Part shown: piece after piece, positions 35,603 to 46,332 of the stretch | How positions within the stretch are numbered: the stretch's first letter is position 1 | How the letters are laid out: each line of letters opens with the position of its first letter | DNA from: Gammaproteobacteria bacterium | GTDB lineage: Bacteria; Pseudomonadota; Gammaproteobacteria; Eutrophobiales; Eutrophobiaceae | Length of the DNA stretch: 64,000 bases | Direction: 5' to 3' | Assembly: GCA_965229565.1 (NCBI GenBank) | Contig: OZ245888.1 | Location: 37,801 to 101,800 of the forward strand | The notes under the pieces: model-generated | Databases searched by the model: none | What the model was told of the DNA's origin: nothing | What the model saw: only the letters and a program-made list of their open reading frames with translations | Position numbers and translations under genes: made by a program

Positions 35603-35926
35603 TTAATGATGTTTTCTAGGGTCAAGCCTCCAGACTTTACCCTCATCAATCATTACCTTGCCACCGTCCTTCAGTTCCATTGGCGGATGATGTCGTCTGG
35701 GATCCAGACGCCATACATTCTTGTTTTTCATCATAATTAATGTGCCATCTTCCAACTCCATTGCAACACCATCTTTCATTTTAATAGAGTTACCGTCTTT
35801 ATCCTCCATCCTCATTGTTTCATCATCATTAATAATCAAATAAGAACCATCTTTTAATGACAACTTTTCAGCTGCCATTGCAGAGAAACTTACCATTAAT
35901 AACAAAATGTATATTAATTTACGCAT
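35603..35926 (-). CDS. Periplasmic Met-rich copper-binding protein, CopK-like
   Basis: Signal peptide followed by LKDGSYLII..MRMEDKDGNSIKMKDGVAMELEDGTLIMMK, with an internal duplication VWRLDPR(R/K)HH. Confidence 0.45.
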   Translation of the reverse strand: MRKLIYILLLMVSFSAMAAEKLSLKDGSYLIINDDETMRMEDKDGNSIKMKDGVAMELEDGTLIMMKNKNVWRLDPRRHHPPMELKDGGKVMIDEGKVWRLDPRKHH

Positions 35927-35966
35927 TACTTTTCTCCTTTTAATTAAAAAGTAAACATGCTTTTTT

Positions 35967-36248
35967 TCACAGAACTTCTTTGTCTTCCTCCTTTAGGTTG
36001 AGATATTGTTCCGGATTATCATCAAATTTATCCAGACAATTTTTTGAACAAAATCGATAAAGCTGACTCTCATATATTTTTCCATAGCCCTTATCAGGTT
36101 CGACATGCATGCCGCAAACAGGATCAGCATGATTTGGTTGACTATGCGAGTGAGTGTGAGAGCCATGAACCATATGAGCACCACAACCAAAACGCATCAT
36201 CAAGTAAAAGAATAATGCGAATAACAAAAATGAACCTAAACCTTCCAT
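35967..36248 (-). CDS. YHS-domain membrane protein with His-rich segment
   Basis: TM helix, HGSHTHSHSQPNH, and a YHS motif (DPVCGMHV...YRFCSKNC). Confidence 0.55.
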   Translation of the reverse strand: MEGLGSFLLFALFFYLMMRFGCGAHMVHGSHTHSHSQPNHADPVCGMHVEPDKGYGKIYESQLYRFCSKNCLDKFDDNPEQYLNLKEEDKEVL

Positions 36249-36306
36249 AACGTTACCCTCATGCTTAACCTGTTTTAAAGCATTAAAAATTCTTCCTCAT
36301 ATAAAT

Positions 36307-38829
36307 TTACTCAACACCAAGCTTTGCCCGTTTAAGTAAGATGGAGTTGCCAATAACGGATAATGAACTTGTCGTCATAGCAATAACGCCGATCATGGGA
36401 TGTAACAAACCAATGGCGGCAATAGGAATGGCGGCAAGATTATAAAACCAGGCCCAGAAAAGATTTTGCACTATCTTGTTAAAGGTAGATTTCGAAAGAC
36501 GAATAGCCTCAACTACTTTGGTTAACTCACCTTTAACCAATGTCACATCAGCTGCTTCAATTGCGACATCGGCACCTGCACCAATTGCTATTCCAACATT
36601 GGCCTGTTTTAAAGCTGGCGCATCATTAATACCATCACCTACCATGGCAACCTGTTCGCCATATTTAGATTGTAAATTTCTTACCTCATCGACTTTTCCT
36701 TGAGGTAAAACTCCGGCAAGTACTTCATCGATATTAACTTGTGTTGCAACATGTTTTGCTGTGCGTTCATTGTCACCAGTAATCATGACCACGCGTATAT
36801 CCATTACGTGTAAAGCAGCTATGGCCTCTTTTGAATCAGCCTTAATCGTATCTGCAACGGCCACAATGCCTGCTGCTTGATTGTCGATGGCAACAAGCAT
36901 GGCAGTCTTTCCTTCGGATTCGAGTCGCACCATGTCTTTTTCTAAACCGTTAAGTGAAATACTTGACTCTTGTAACAAGCGCCGATTGCCTACTAGTACA
37001 TTTTGATTCTCTACTACACCCTGAACACCACGTGCCGTTAATGCTTTAAAGTTTTCCACAGTTGGAATAGATAATCCTTTCTCCTTTGCACCGATCACAA
37101 TTGCTTGCCCTAAAGGATGTTCCGATCCTGCTTCAATTGCAGCTGCTGCTTTTAATACAGAGTCTTCATCAAAACTACTTGTAGTTATAATGTCCGTTAA
37201 TGCCGGTTTACCTTCAGTAATAGTCCCTGTCTTATCAAGTACAACAACCTTAATATCTTTGAGTGTTTGAATGGCTTCACCAGATCGAATTAATACACCT
37301 CTTTCTGCGCCCAAGCCTGAGCCCACCATGATGGCTGTTGGTGTTGCTAATCCCAATGCACAGGGACATGCGATTACTAATACAGATATAGCTGCCAATA
37401 TGGCTAGCATAATGGGACTTAAATCTGGATCGACCCAGGGCAGAAATGATTCACCCCATATCAATATGGGATTCAATGCATCAGCAAATAACAGCCATAT
37501 CAGGAAACTGGCTGAGCTTATGACAATAACTGCCGGAACAAATTTCGCAGTAACTTTATCGGCAAATTCTTGAATGGGTACTTTTGAACCCTGTGCTTCT
37601 TCAACCAGTTTTATGACTTGTGAAAGAAATGTATCTGCACCTACTTTAGTTGCCCGTATCTTTAACATTCCCTCTTTATTAATTGTGGCCCCAATAACCG
37701 GTTCTCCGGCCCCTTTCTCGACTGGAAAAGATTCGCCGGTTGCCAATGATTCATCCAGATGGCTATTTCCTTCAATGATTTCTCCATCTGTAGGTACTTT
37801 TGCACCCGGACGTACAACCATCAGATCACCTACAATCAATTCTGAAATCGGGATATCAACCTCTTCCCCGTCTTTGATAACGGTTGCAGACTTTGCACCC
37901 ATCTTAAGTAATTTTTTTATGGCTTGTGAGGCACGTCCCTTTGCGCGGGTTTCAAGATAACGCCCTAACATATGAAACGTCATAATAGTGGAAGCCATTT
38001 CGATAAATGAAGTCATCGGATAAAAGAAACCCACCAAACCAATACAGTAAGGTGGCAAACTTCCCATAGAGATCAACACATCCATATTAGCCGTTCGATT
38101 GGTTAGGGAGCGCCAGGCTGATACATGGGTAGACCAACCGCCATAGAGAAAAACAACAGGGAAAGCCAATAAAGAAATTATTGCGAGATAAGCGGGAATC
38201 GGTTTCCAGAACATTTCAAACCCCATTAATATCATGATTAATGTTGTTGGAACGCCTGCTATCCAAAGTCGATGCCATGCCTGTTTCAAGTATCGTTCTT
38301 CAATCTCACCTTCATCGACTTGATTAGATTTCGAAGTTTTTATTTCATCTACGGCAGCAACATCATAACCCGCATGAACAATCGCTTCTTTAATTGTAGA
38401 TACATCAACTTCATTTGATAAAAACCGGACTGTTACACGATGATTACTAATATTTGTACTGATACCGATAATGCCGGGTAAACGTTCTATTGAACTGGAT
38501 ACCAGCCCGGCACAATGATCACTTCCCATACCTGGAACAATAATTCTTATCTCACTATCTTTAGTATCTACTTCCTTACTCTTAACATCAGCAACATCAT
38601 AACCTGCATTAATAATGGCAGACTTTACAGCCTCAAGAGATATCTCATTATTATCAAAGTCAACTTCAACATGATGGTTAGCAATGTTTGTTTTTACGGA
38701 ATTGATTCCATTTAACCGTTTTAACGACGTGCTTATAATTCCGGCACAATGATCGCTGCCCATGTTTGGCACAATAAACAATCCATGATTGCCAATCACT
38801 TTATCAGTTGAAGTTGATTGATTCATCAT
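36307..38829 (-). CDS. P1B-type heavy-metal (likely copper) translocating ATPase with two atypical N-terminal metal-binding domains
   Basis: DKTGT, CPC (ACPCALG), GDGINDAP and HP motifs. Both N-terminal HMA-like domains carry GMGSDHCAG in place of the canonical GMxCxxC. Confidence 0.85.
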   Translation of the reverse strand: MMNQSTSTDKVIGNHGLFIVPNMGSDHCAGIISTSLKRLNGINSVKTNIANHHVEVDFDNNEISLEAVKSAIINAGYDVADVKSKEVDTKDSEIRIIVPGMGSDHCAGLVSSSIERLPGIIGISTNISNHRVTVRFLSNEVDVSTIKEAIVHAGYDVAAVDEIKTSKSNQVDEGEIEERYLKQAWHRLWIAGVPTTLIMILMGFEMFWKPIPAYLAIISLLAFPVVFLYGGWSTHVSAWRSLTNRTANMDVLISMGSLPPYCIGLVGFFYPMTSFIEMASTIMTFHMLGRYLETRAKGRASQAIKKLLKMGAKSATVIKDGEEVDIPISELIVGDLMVVRPGAKVPTDGEIIEGNSHLDESLATGESFPVEKGAGEPVIGATINKEGMLKIRATKVGADTFLSQVIKLVEEAQGSKVPIQEFADKVTAKFVPAVIVISSASFLIWLLFADALNPILIWGESFLPWVDPDLSPIMLAILAAISVLVIACPCALGLATPTAIMVGSGLGAERGVLIRSGEAIQTLKDIKVVVLDKTGTITEGKPALTDIITTSSFDEDSVLKAAAAIEAGSEHPLGQAIVIGAKEKGLSIPTVENFKALTARGVQGVVENQNVLVGNRRLLQESSISLNGLEKDMVRLESEGKTAMLVAIDNQAAGIVAVADTIKADSKEAIAALHVMDIRVVMITGDNERTAKHVATQVNIDEVLAGVLPQGKVDEVRNLQSKYGEQVAMVGDGINDAPALKQANVGIAIGAGADVAIEAADVTLVKGELTKVVEAIRLSKSTFNKIVQNLFWAWFYNLAAIPIAAIGLLHPMIGVIAMTTSSLSVIGNSILLKRAKLGVE

Positions 38830-39036
38830 CTCTCCTTTATTTAAACGTTATTCATTAATATTCTGTCCATGCATATGTTCCATGTCTTTTATCATGGCAC
38901 CAATAATAAAATAAGGATATTCCAGTCCGTCTGAAAGATGATATTTAAAGTCAAAGTATGTCCTGCATAAAATATCAATACGCCTATTAAAAACGCAATA
39001 TTTCCTAGAAAAGCCGCCAATTCGCACCATGTATAA

Positions 39037-39474
39037 CTAAGTAATACTCTCTATCAAATGACATATGGAGTCGCCAACCGGAATAGAATCGTCCATGTTT
39101 TCCCATTGCCGTAATGCTTTTTCCATTCTTTTTTGTAATACCATTGCTTCATTAAATTGATTTTTATTCTTTTCTATCCTTTTCTTAATTATATCCCTCA
39201 CCAATGGGCAAGGGCTTTCGCTTTTTTCACTTGCTATAATAATCTGCTTAATTTCATTAAGCGTATATCCCAATATTTTTGCTTTTCCTATAAATTTCAA
39301 GCGAATCAGATCTGCATGACTGTACATCTGATAATTATTGGTTTTATTTCGTACTGGCTTTAGTAATCTCTTTTTTGTATAAAATCGGACCGCGTCAGTT
39401 GTCACATGGGCTGCATCAGCAAGTTCCTTAACCTGATAAAAACTTATTTTTTTACTATACACTTCTGAATTCAT
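39037..39474 (-). CDS. MerR-family transcriptional regulator
   Basis: N-terminal HTH (VKELADAAHVTTDAVRFYTKKRLLKP) and a coiled-coil dimerisation region. Likely start is MNSEVYS (39474) rather than the ORF-track 39504. Confidence 0.65.
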   Translation of the reverse strand: MNSEVYSKKISFYQVKELADAAHVTTDAVRFYTKKRLLKPVRNKTNNYQMYSHADLIRLKFIGKAKILGYTLNEIKQIIIASEKSESPCPLVRDIIKKRIEKNKNQFNEAMVLQKRMEKALRQWENMDDSIPVGDSICHLIESIT

Positions 39475-39690
39475 TAGCATCGACACCAAAAATGTTTCAT
39501 ACACGTAATTACTCTATTAATTCATCAGTCTAAAACATAGGTCTTAGACACAGGTCAAGCCTGACTTTGATTTTATATAATTCCCATAACTCTGTCTCAA
39601 CCACTACCATATTATTTTTAAATTTTCTCATGTCTATATCTATTCTAATTTTATTATTCATAAATAGTTTGGTTTCTATATATCTAGAAG

Positions 39691-40008
39691 CTATTTATTT
39701 TTTATACTGTCATTATTAATCTTAATCACATCATCAACAGGTGAAATTGATATGAAGCCATCATCATATGTGCCCGCATATGCATTGGTAACAATACAGT
39801 CAGTAATTTTTTTTATGCCTTCTTCTTCTGATACTATTTCTACACGTATATGTGTAATTAGGTCTGGCATTTCAAATAATCTGTGTGGGTTTTCGTAACC
39901 ACTCACACCAACAGTAGTGATATGTGGCACATTCAATTCTTTAAGTTTTGTTTTAATCTGCGCGAGCATTTCGCTGCGGATCACGGCAGTCACTTTTTTT
40001 AGCCTCAT
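39691..40008 (-). CDS. P-II (GlnB)-like small protein adjacent to the RND pump
   Basis: 105 aa with a P-II-like N-terminus (MRLKKVTAVIRSEMLAQIKTKLKELNVPHITTVGVSGYE). Confidence 0.4.
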   Translation of the reverse strand: MRLKKVTAVIRSEMLAQIKTKLKELNVPHITTVGVSGYENPHRLFEMPDLITHIRVEIVSEEEGIKKITDCIVTNAYAGTYDDGFISISPVDDVIKINNDSIKNK

Positions 40009-40058
40009 AATTTCACCTGTTATTTATTTTTTGATAACTTTAAATGAAAATTTACAAG

Positions 40059-43000
40059 TCAAAATTTCAGCGCATAGTTCTTCCATACAAAATAAACAAC
40101 TGGAATTACGATCAATGTTAAAGCTGTCGCACTTATCATCCCTCCGATCATGGGTGCTGCGACACGCGTCATAATTTCAGAGCCTGATCCTTTTATAAAC
40201 ATGATTGGAAGTAAGCCGGCAACGGTCGAACATGTTGTCATCATGATAGGTCTGACACGTTGGCTTGCAGCATCGATAATATTGCTAATCAACTTTTCTC
40301 TACTAATCTTTTTTTCTGGTGAATCAATAGATTTATTTAGAAACTCAAGCATAACAACGCCAGACTCAACTGCGATACCTGCTAATGCGATAAAACCCAC
40401 GCCGACAGCTACAGATAAATTATAATTTAAGAGATATAAAAACCATGCCCCCCCACCAAGCGCAAAAGGCAAAAAGCCCATGATTAAAAATACATCACCT
40501 AATTTTTGAAAGTTAAGATAAAGCAAAATAAATATAATGACTAAGGTAATTGGCACAACGATAGTTAACCGCTCCATTGCCCTTAGCATATATTCATATT
40601 GTCCGGACCAACTTATAGAATAACCTGAAGGTAAATCCACATTTTTTGCAACATGTTCTCGAGCTTCATTCACGTAACTGCCCAAATCACGACCTTTTGT
40701 ATCAACGAATATCCAGCCATTTATTCGCGCATTTTCGCTTTTTATCATTGGTGGGCCATCTGTTATATTTACAGATGCTACATCCTCTAACGGGACTCTC
40801 GCACCAGATGGCGTCACTACGGGCAATAAACGTAATTGTTCCAGTGAGTCACGAAGTTCATGTGGATAGCGGATATTTATTGGATAACGCTCCAGTCCCT
40901 CTACTGTTTCAGCAACATTCATCCCGCCTACTGCAGTACGAACAATGTCCTGAATATCACTGATATTAAGCCCCAATCTAGCGGCATCAATCCTATTAAT
41001 ATCCACAATAAGGTAGCGTCCGCCTGCAACTCGCTCCGCATAAACCGAAGCAGTACCTGGAACATCTTTAAGTGCTTTTTCAATCTGACGGCCGATATCT
41101 TCAATAACTTCAAGATCTGTACCGGCAATTTTTATACCAACAGGAGTCTTTATACCGGTAGCTAACATATCGATACGTGTTTTAATTGGCATTACCCATG
41201 CGTTAGTAATTCCAGGCAATTTTACTAAAGCATTAAACTCTGCTTTTAGTTTTTCAAGTGTCATACCCTCACGCCATTCATTACGAGGTTTAAAACGAAT
41301 AAGTGTTTCAATCATTGTTAGAGGAGCTGGGTCAGTTGCTGTTTCAGCACGGCCAATCTTTCCAAATACGGTATCAACTTCCGGGACAGTACGAATCAAT
41401 TTATCCGTCTGCTGTATAATTTGCTGCGCCTTGCCAATGGAAATAGCAGGCAATGTTGTCGGCATATACATCAAGTCGCCTTCATCCAGATCCGGCATAA
41501 ACTCACTACCTAACTGAGTGAATGGCCAGAGTCCGATAACCATGATCAATAATGCAACAAATACTGTTGAAATAGGGAAATGAAGCACGAATCGTATGAT
41601 TGGCTCATAAAAAATATTTAATAAACGGGTTATAGGATTTTTTTCCGAGGATATGACCCGGCCTTTTACAAAATATCCCAGTAACACAGGCACGACAGTA
41701 ACAGCAAGAATGGTTGCTGATATCATTGCATAAACCCAGGTAAATGCCAGTGGTGAAAACATACGGCCTTCCTGCGCCTGTAGTGTAAAAATAGGTAATA
41801 CACTTAGTCCGGTTATGAGCAAGGAAAAGAACAATGGCGGTCCCACTTCTGTTGTTGCCTTCATAATAACTTTCCAATGATCAGCATCATCATTATTTCG
41901 TTCAATATGTTTATGAACGTTATCAATCATGACGATTGCAGCGTCAACCATGACGCCTATTGCAATAGCAATTCCTCCCAAAGACATAATATTGGCATTG
42001 ATTCCCTGAATATTCATAATGATAAATGCCATTAATATCCCAAGAGGGAGACTAATAATAACAACCAAGGCGGACCGAAAATGTAGAAGAAAAAAGATAC
42101 AAACCAACACCACTAAAAGTAGTTCCTGTAGCAATGCATCTTTTAACGTTTTAATTGCCCGTTCAATTAAGCCGGAACGATCGTAGGTTTCAACAATTTC
42201 GACGCCATCTGGCAATCCTTTTTTCAGCTCGTTTAACTTTTCTTTAACGGAATCGATTACTCTTTTAGCATTTTCACCCCAGCGCATTACGATAACGCCA
42301 CCAACTACTTCTCCCTCACCATTAAGTTCAGCTATACCACGGCGTAACTGTGGGCCGATTCGTACTTGTGCTACGTCTTTGAGTAAAATCGGCGTTCCTC
42401 TGACATTGACACCTAACGGAATATTACGTAATTGTTCAAGACCGGTAATATAACCGGTAACCCTGACCATATATTCAGCTTCTGCCATTTCAATAACAGA
42501 TGCCCCTGCTTCTTGATTGGCTTTTTTAATAGCATTGCTAATTGTTGAAATGGGAATATCGTAGGCACGTAACTGATTAGGATCGACAATTACCTGGTAT
42601 TGTTTGACCATTCCACCAATAGTGGCAACTTCAGCAACACCTGGAACAGTTTGTAATTCATATTTCAGGAACCAGTCTTGCAATGATCGCAATTGTGATA
42701 AGTCATGATTCCCTTTTCGATCAACCAAAGCATATTCATAGACCCAACCTACTCCTGTAGCATCAGGACCAAGTTCAGGCTTAGCACCTGGAGGTAATCT
42801 ACTCGTCACCTGACTTAAGTATTCAAGTACTCTGGATCTTGCCCAATATAAATCCGTTCCTTCTTCAAAAATGACGTAGACATATGAATCACCAAAAAAA
42901 GAATATCCCCTGACAGTAACAGCATAAGGAACAGATAACATTGCAGTGGTTAGTGGGTAGGTAATCTGATCTTCAACAACCTGCGGCGCCTGCCCCGGAA

Positions 43001-43157
43001 AAGGTGTTTTTATTATGACTTGCACATCAGAAAGGTCCGGTATTGCATCTACTGGCGTCTGCTTAATGATATATACGCCACTAATCATGACAACGACAGT
43101 AGCAAGTATAATTAAAAATCGATTATTGATTGACCATTTTATGATCTGCTCTATCAT
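40059..43157 (-). CDS. cusA: Heavy-metal efflux RND transporter, CusA/CzcA family
   Basis: 1032 aa with the 12-TM RND topology and an HME-type N-terminus (PVDAIPDLSDVQVII...). Confidence 0.85.
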   Translation of the reverse strand: MIEQIIKWSINNRFLIILATVVVMISGVYIIKQTPVDAIPDLSDVQVIIKTPFPGQAPQVVEDQITYPLTTAMLSVPYAVTVRGYSFFGDSYVYVIFEEGTDLYWARSRVLEYLSQVTSRLPPGAKPELGPDATGVGWVYEYALVDRKGNHDLSQLRSLQDWFLKYELQTVPGVAEVATIGGMVKQYQVIVDPNQLRAYDIPISTISNAIKKANQEAGASVIEMAEAEYMVRVTGYITGLEQLRNIPLGVNVRGTPILLKDVAQVRIGPQLRRGIAELNGEGEVVGGVIVMRWGENAKRVIDSVKEKLNELKKGLPDGVEIVETYDRSGLIERAIKTLKDALLQELLLVVLVCIFFLLHFRSALVVIISLPLGILMAFIIMNIQGINANIMSLGGIAIAIGVMVDAAIVMIDNVHKHIERNNDDADHWKVIMKATTEVGPPLFFSLLITGLSVLPIFTLQAQEGRMFSPLAFTWVYAMISATILAVTVVPVLLGYFVKGRVISSEKNPITRLLNIFYEPIIRFVLHFPISTVFVALLIMVIGLWPFTQLGSEFMPDLDEGDLMYMPTTLPAISIGKAQQIIQQTDKLIRTVPEVDTVFGKIGRAETATDPAPLTMIETLIRFKPRNEWREGMTLEKLKAEFNALVKLPGITNAWVMPIKTRIDMLATGIKTPVGIKIAGTDLEVIEDIGRQIEKALKDVPGTASVYAERVAGGRYLIVDINRIDAARLGLNISDIQDIVRTAVGGMNVAETVEGLERYPINIRYPHELRDSLEQLRLLPVVTPSGARVPLEDVASVNITDGPPMIKSENARINGWIFVDTKGRDLGSYVNEAREHVAKNVDLPSGYSISWSGQYEYMLRAMERLTIVVPITLVIIFILLYLNFQKLGDVFLIMGFLPFALGGGAWFLYLLNYNLSVAVGVGFIALAGIAVESGVVMLEFLNKSIDSPEKKISREKLISNIIDAASQRVRPIMMTTCSTVAGLLPIMFIKGSGSEIMTRVAAPMIGGMISATALTLIVIPVVYFVWKNYALKF

Positions 43158-43160
43158 GAT

Positions 43161-44468
43161 TTATTCCTCGCCCATATCCATTTGTTCCATTGAGTTATTA
43201 CTCATGGGTTCTTCAACGGATTGCATTCGACTCAGACTGGCTTTGAGATTTGATTCGGAATCAATCAAAAATTGTGAAGAGGTAACAACATTATCTTCTT
43301 TGTTTAATCCCGAAATAATTTCCACCCTATCTCCACTTTCAATACCTGCTACAACTTCCTGCGCATGGAAACGACCATCACCAAGCATTTTAATAACTCG
43401 TTGCTGTTTAGCATCTCGTATCAAGGCTTCACGTGGAATACTTAATGCCTCCTTTTTTTCTCCAGCATAAACAGTAACGTGCGCGTACATATTCGGCATT
43501 AATTTTTCTTCGGAGTTATCAAAACGTAACCGAATGCGTAACGTCCGTGTAACAGGATCAAGATCAGGGTAAATATATTCAACTTCACCTTTCCAGATAA
43601 CACCCGGCATTGAAGGTAATGTAGCTTCTGCACTTTGACCTATTTCAACCCAATTCGCTTGTCGTTCAAATACTTCAGCTAACAACCAAATCGTATCAAG
43701 ATTGGCAATACTTAATATCTGGGTCTCCGGTTTGATATACATTCCTTCACGTACACCAAGATTTATTAACACACCTGATTGTGGCGCATAAAAACGAATA
43801 TTCTGGGTAACTCTTTTTTCTTTTTCCAATCTATCAATCTGAGACTTTGAAATACCCAATGCAGAAAGCTTCTCTTTCGATGCTTCTGCCAGTGATCGAT
43901 TGCCACCCGCTAATGCCTGTAAGTATTCTTCCTGTGCATTTACCAATGGTGGAGAATAAAGCTCAAATATAAGTTGCCCACGTTTAACCTCTTCTCCCTC
44001 AGCACGAACTTGTAGTTTTTCTATCCAACCTTCTGTTCTTGTATGAATATGATTAATTCGTGTTTCGTCGTAATCAATATAACCAACCGTACTTATTCTT
44101 TTCCATAGAGGTCCGAGTTCAACCCTGGTTGACCGTACGCCCAGATTATTGATCACCTCTGGACTTATTTTGACTACAGATGTCTCCTCATCCATGTTCT
44201 CTTCACTGCCTTCATAAACAGGAATAAGGTCCATGCCCATTGGAGACTTTCCAGGTTCATCCCGACGATAGCCTGGATTCATAGGAGCAACCCAATACAT
44301 TATTTTCTTCTCTTTTGATTCAGAGTTTGAATGCCCCGTATGCCCATCCGGATTCATGTCCATATTGAACTTGAACACTAGTTGCGAGGTATCAAATTTC
44401 TTTTCAATGAAAGCGCCAACTAAAATCCCGATGGCAAGCAGAATTAATATCTGAATTATTTTTTTCAT
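43161..44468 (-). CDS. cusB: RND periplasmic adaptor (membrane fusion protein), CusB-like
   Basis: N-terminal anchor with HlyD/biotin-lipoyl-like and beta-barrel domains. Overlaps the cusC stop. Confidence 0.75.
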   Translation of the reverse strand: MKKIIQILILLAIGILVGAFIEKKFDTSQLVFKFNMDMNPDGHTGHSNSESKEKKIMYWVAPMNPGYRRDEPGKSPMGMDLIPVYEGSEENMDEETSVVKISPEVINNLGVRSTRVELGPLWKRISTVGYIDYDETRINHIHTRTEGWIEKLQVRAEGEEVKRGQLIFELYSPPLVNAQEEYLQALAGGNRSLAEASKEKLSALGISKSQIDRLEKEKRVTQNIRFYAPQSGVLINLGVREGMYIKPETQILSIANLDTIWLLAEVFERQANWVEIGQSAEATLPSMPGVIWKGEVEYIYPDLDPVTRTLRIRLRFDNSEEKLMPNMYAHVTVYAGEKKEALSIPREALIRDAKQQRVIKMLGDGRFHAQEVVAGIESGDRVEIISGLNKEDNVVTSSQFLIDSESNLKASLSRMQSVEEPMSNNSMEQMDMGEE

Positions 44469-45730
44469 ATCGTTTCTCTTACGTAATACAATAGATTGGC
44501 TTGTGACTTGGCACGATCAACACGAATCTTCAACATATCTAGTTGTGTATTTAACTCAGTTAATCGAGCACGCATTAATGTTGTAAAGTCAGTTAGATCA
44601 TTTTGATACGCTTTTAACGTGGATGATGAATTTTGCTCGGCATCAACCATTGCTCTTGTTTCATATAATTCAAGTCGTTTACCAAGACGTATCCAATTCG
44701 CATATTCCTTTTCCAACGACTGTCTGAATTCCAGTAAACGATCGCTGCGCGCGAACTGTGAGGCCGCGTGATCCAGCTTGCTCGCAGATAGGCGTTTATC
44801 CTGTCTTTTATTCGTGAAGATAGGCAGATCGACCAGGATCATGGCCGAGGCAAAGTCATCCCTACTACTACCATCCAGATTATTACCTGACCGGTTACCG
44901 TAGGTGAGATCAAGCATCCAACCCGGCTTGTATTGCTGTTCAGCAAGATTAATATCCTTCTCGTTAACCGCAATCATGGCATCTTCAATTTGAATTCTGG
45001 GATGTCGAGGTAATTCCTGGACCAGTTGCTGTAAATCTCTTATCGGCGTTAAGAAGGGAAAGTTGTCGCTTACCCTGTCAAATTGAATACTGTTACCGAG
45101 CCAACGTTTCAACTCGGCCAGTGTCATGGCATGCTTGCCCTGAACCTCTACCAGGCGGTCATCAACCAATGACAGTTCAAGTTGTGCACGCAGCACATCA
45201 TGCTGGTTATCTCGCCCCACTGCATATTGCCTTTCGGTCACTTCCAGTAACTGGCTGAACAAATCACGATTTTCGAGTAATAACTTTTCTGTCTCCTGGC
45301 TAAGGTAAACATCCAGGTAATTGCTGCGTACTGATAACAAGACATTGCGGGCCTGTAACCTTGCTCGTGCGGCATCAATGTCTGCATAATGCCCGGTCTT
45401 TTCCTGCCGCAGTTCTAACGTGTCGCCACGCGGAAAAGACTGCTGTATTCCAACCTGTACCTGCGTCATTGGTTCCTGACTTCGATCGAAACTGTTTATT
45501 GGTAGATTCATCATGCCAAACTTCATAACGGGATCAGGCAATTGGCCTTCAGCAACAGCTAATTCATCATATTTTTCAGCCGTTACTTCAAGCTTCTTGA
45601 TGGTCAAATCAGATGAAAGAGCAAACTCTTCTGCTGCTTGCAACGTCAATTCATTTGCAAATAATTGCGTAGAAACAATGGCAGATAAAATAATCAGAAA
45701 TAATTTATTTAGTATGGATAGGCCCATCAC
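44465..45730 (-). CDS. cusC: Outer-membrane efflux protein (TolC family), CusC-like
   Basis: Signal peptide and two OEP repeats. 421 aa. Confidence 0.75.
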   Translation of the reverse strand: MMGLSILNKLFLIILSAIVSTQLFANELTLQAAEEFALSSDLTIKKLEVTAEKYDELAVAEGQLPDPVMKFGMMNLPINSFDRSQEPMTQVQVGIQQSFPRGDTLELRQEKTGHYADIDAARARLQARNVLLSVRSNYLDVYLSQETEKLLLENRDLFSQLLEVTERQYAVGRDNQHDVLRAQLELSLVDDRLVEVQGKHAMTLAELKRWLGNSIQFDRVSDNFPFLTPIRDLQQLVQELPRHPRIQIEDAMIAVNEKDINLAEQQYKPGWMLDLTYGNRSGNNLDGSSRDDFASAMILVDLPIFTNKRQDKRLSASKLDHAASQFARSDRLLEFRQSLEKEYANWIRLGKRLELYETRAMVDAEQNSSSTLKAYQNDLTDFTTLMRARLTELNTQLDMLKIRVDRAKSQANLLYYVRETI

Positions 45731-45801
45731 ACACCTCGTTTATTAAAAATAAGACGAACTTTTGATCTGTGAATACAGATCAATAATAAAGAGGGTGGTG
45801 T

Positions 45802-46251
45802 TTAAATCAGGAGTTTGTTATAGAGAGAAACAGGTGAGTTTTGAGCAAGCGCAGACGACCTGTCTGGAACAACATGCTCTATGCAGAAATTGAAAGTGTA
45901 GCCGGATTTTTTATGAATAATATAAACAATATCAGGGGAAAACTTGTAACTGTTCTTTTCTTTATTTTGTTCCTTGGAGTGCATCAGAATGGTGCTTTCA
46001 TCGCAATCACAAACGCCAGTACAATGTTCTTCAGTTTCGTAATTCTGTGTCAGGTCGGCTTGCTGCGAATCATCATGACAGTGTTCCAATTCAACAACTT
46101 TATCATGCAGCGCTGCACTATTGACTTCATCATTCGCAAAACAAGACTGGCACAATAACAATAACCAGGCGCCCATAAACAACGATAAGGTTGCTATGGC
46201 CATGGTTTGTTGCCTTTTTCTAATTAGTGCGAACATTGATATTCCTGTCAT
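45802..46251 (-). CDS. Secreted Cys/His-containing hypothetical protein
   Basis: Signal-peptide-like MAIATLSLFMGAWLLLLCQSCFA. Mature region contains HCHDD...EEHCTGVCDCDE. No confident family. Confidence 0.35.
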   Translation of the reverse strand: MTGISMFALIRKRQQTMAIATLSLFMGAWLLLLCQSCFANDEVNSAALHDKVVELEHCHDDSQQADLTQNYETEEHCTGVCDCDESTILMHSKEQNKEKNSYKFSPDIVYIIHKKSGYTFNFCIEHVVPDRSSALAQNSPVSLYNKLLI

Positions 46252-46332
46252 TTAACAGATTAAATATCGCCCGATTTGACTTGGAAATCAATAGCAAGTA
46301 AAGAAATGATAGGGGAAAAAGCATCATTTATT

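Noticed and set aside
38848-39030. 60-aa minus-strand ORF between the ATPase and MerR genes
   Set aside because: It lies in an AT-rich intergenic region, has no ribosome-binding site or motif, and more likely holds the ATPase promoter/operator.
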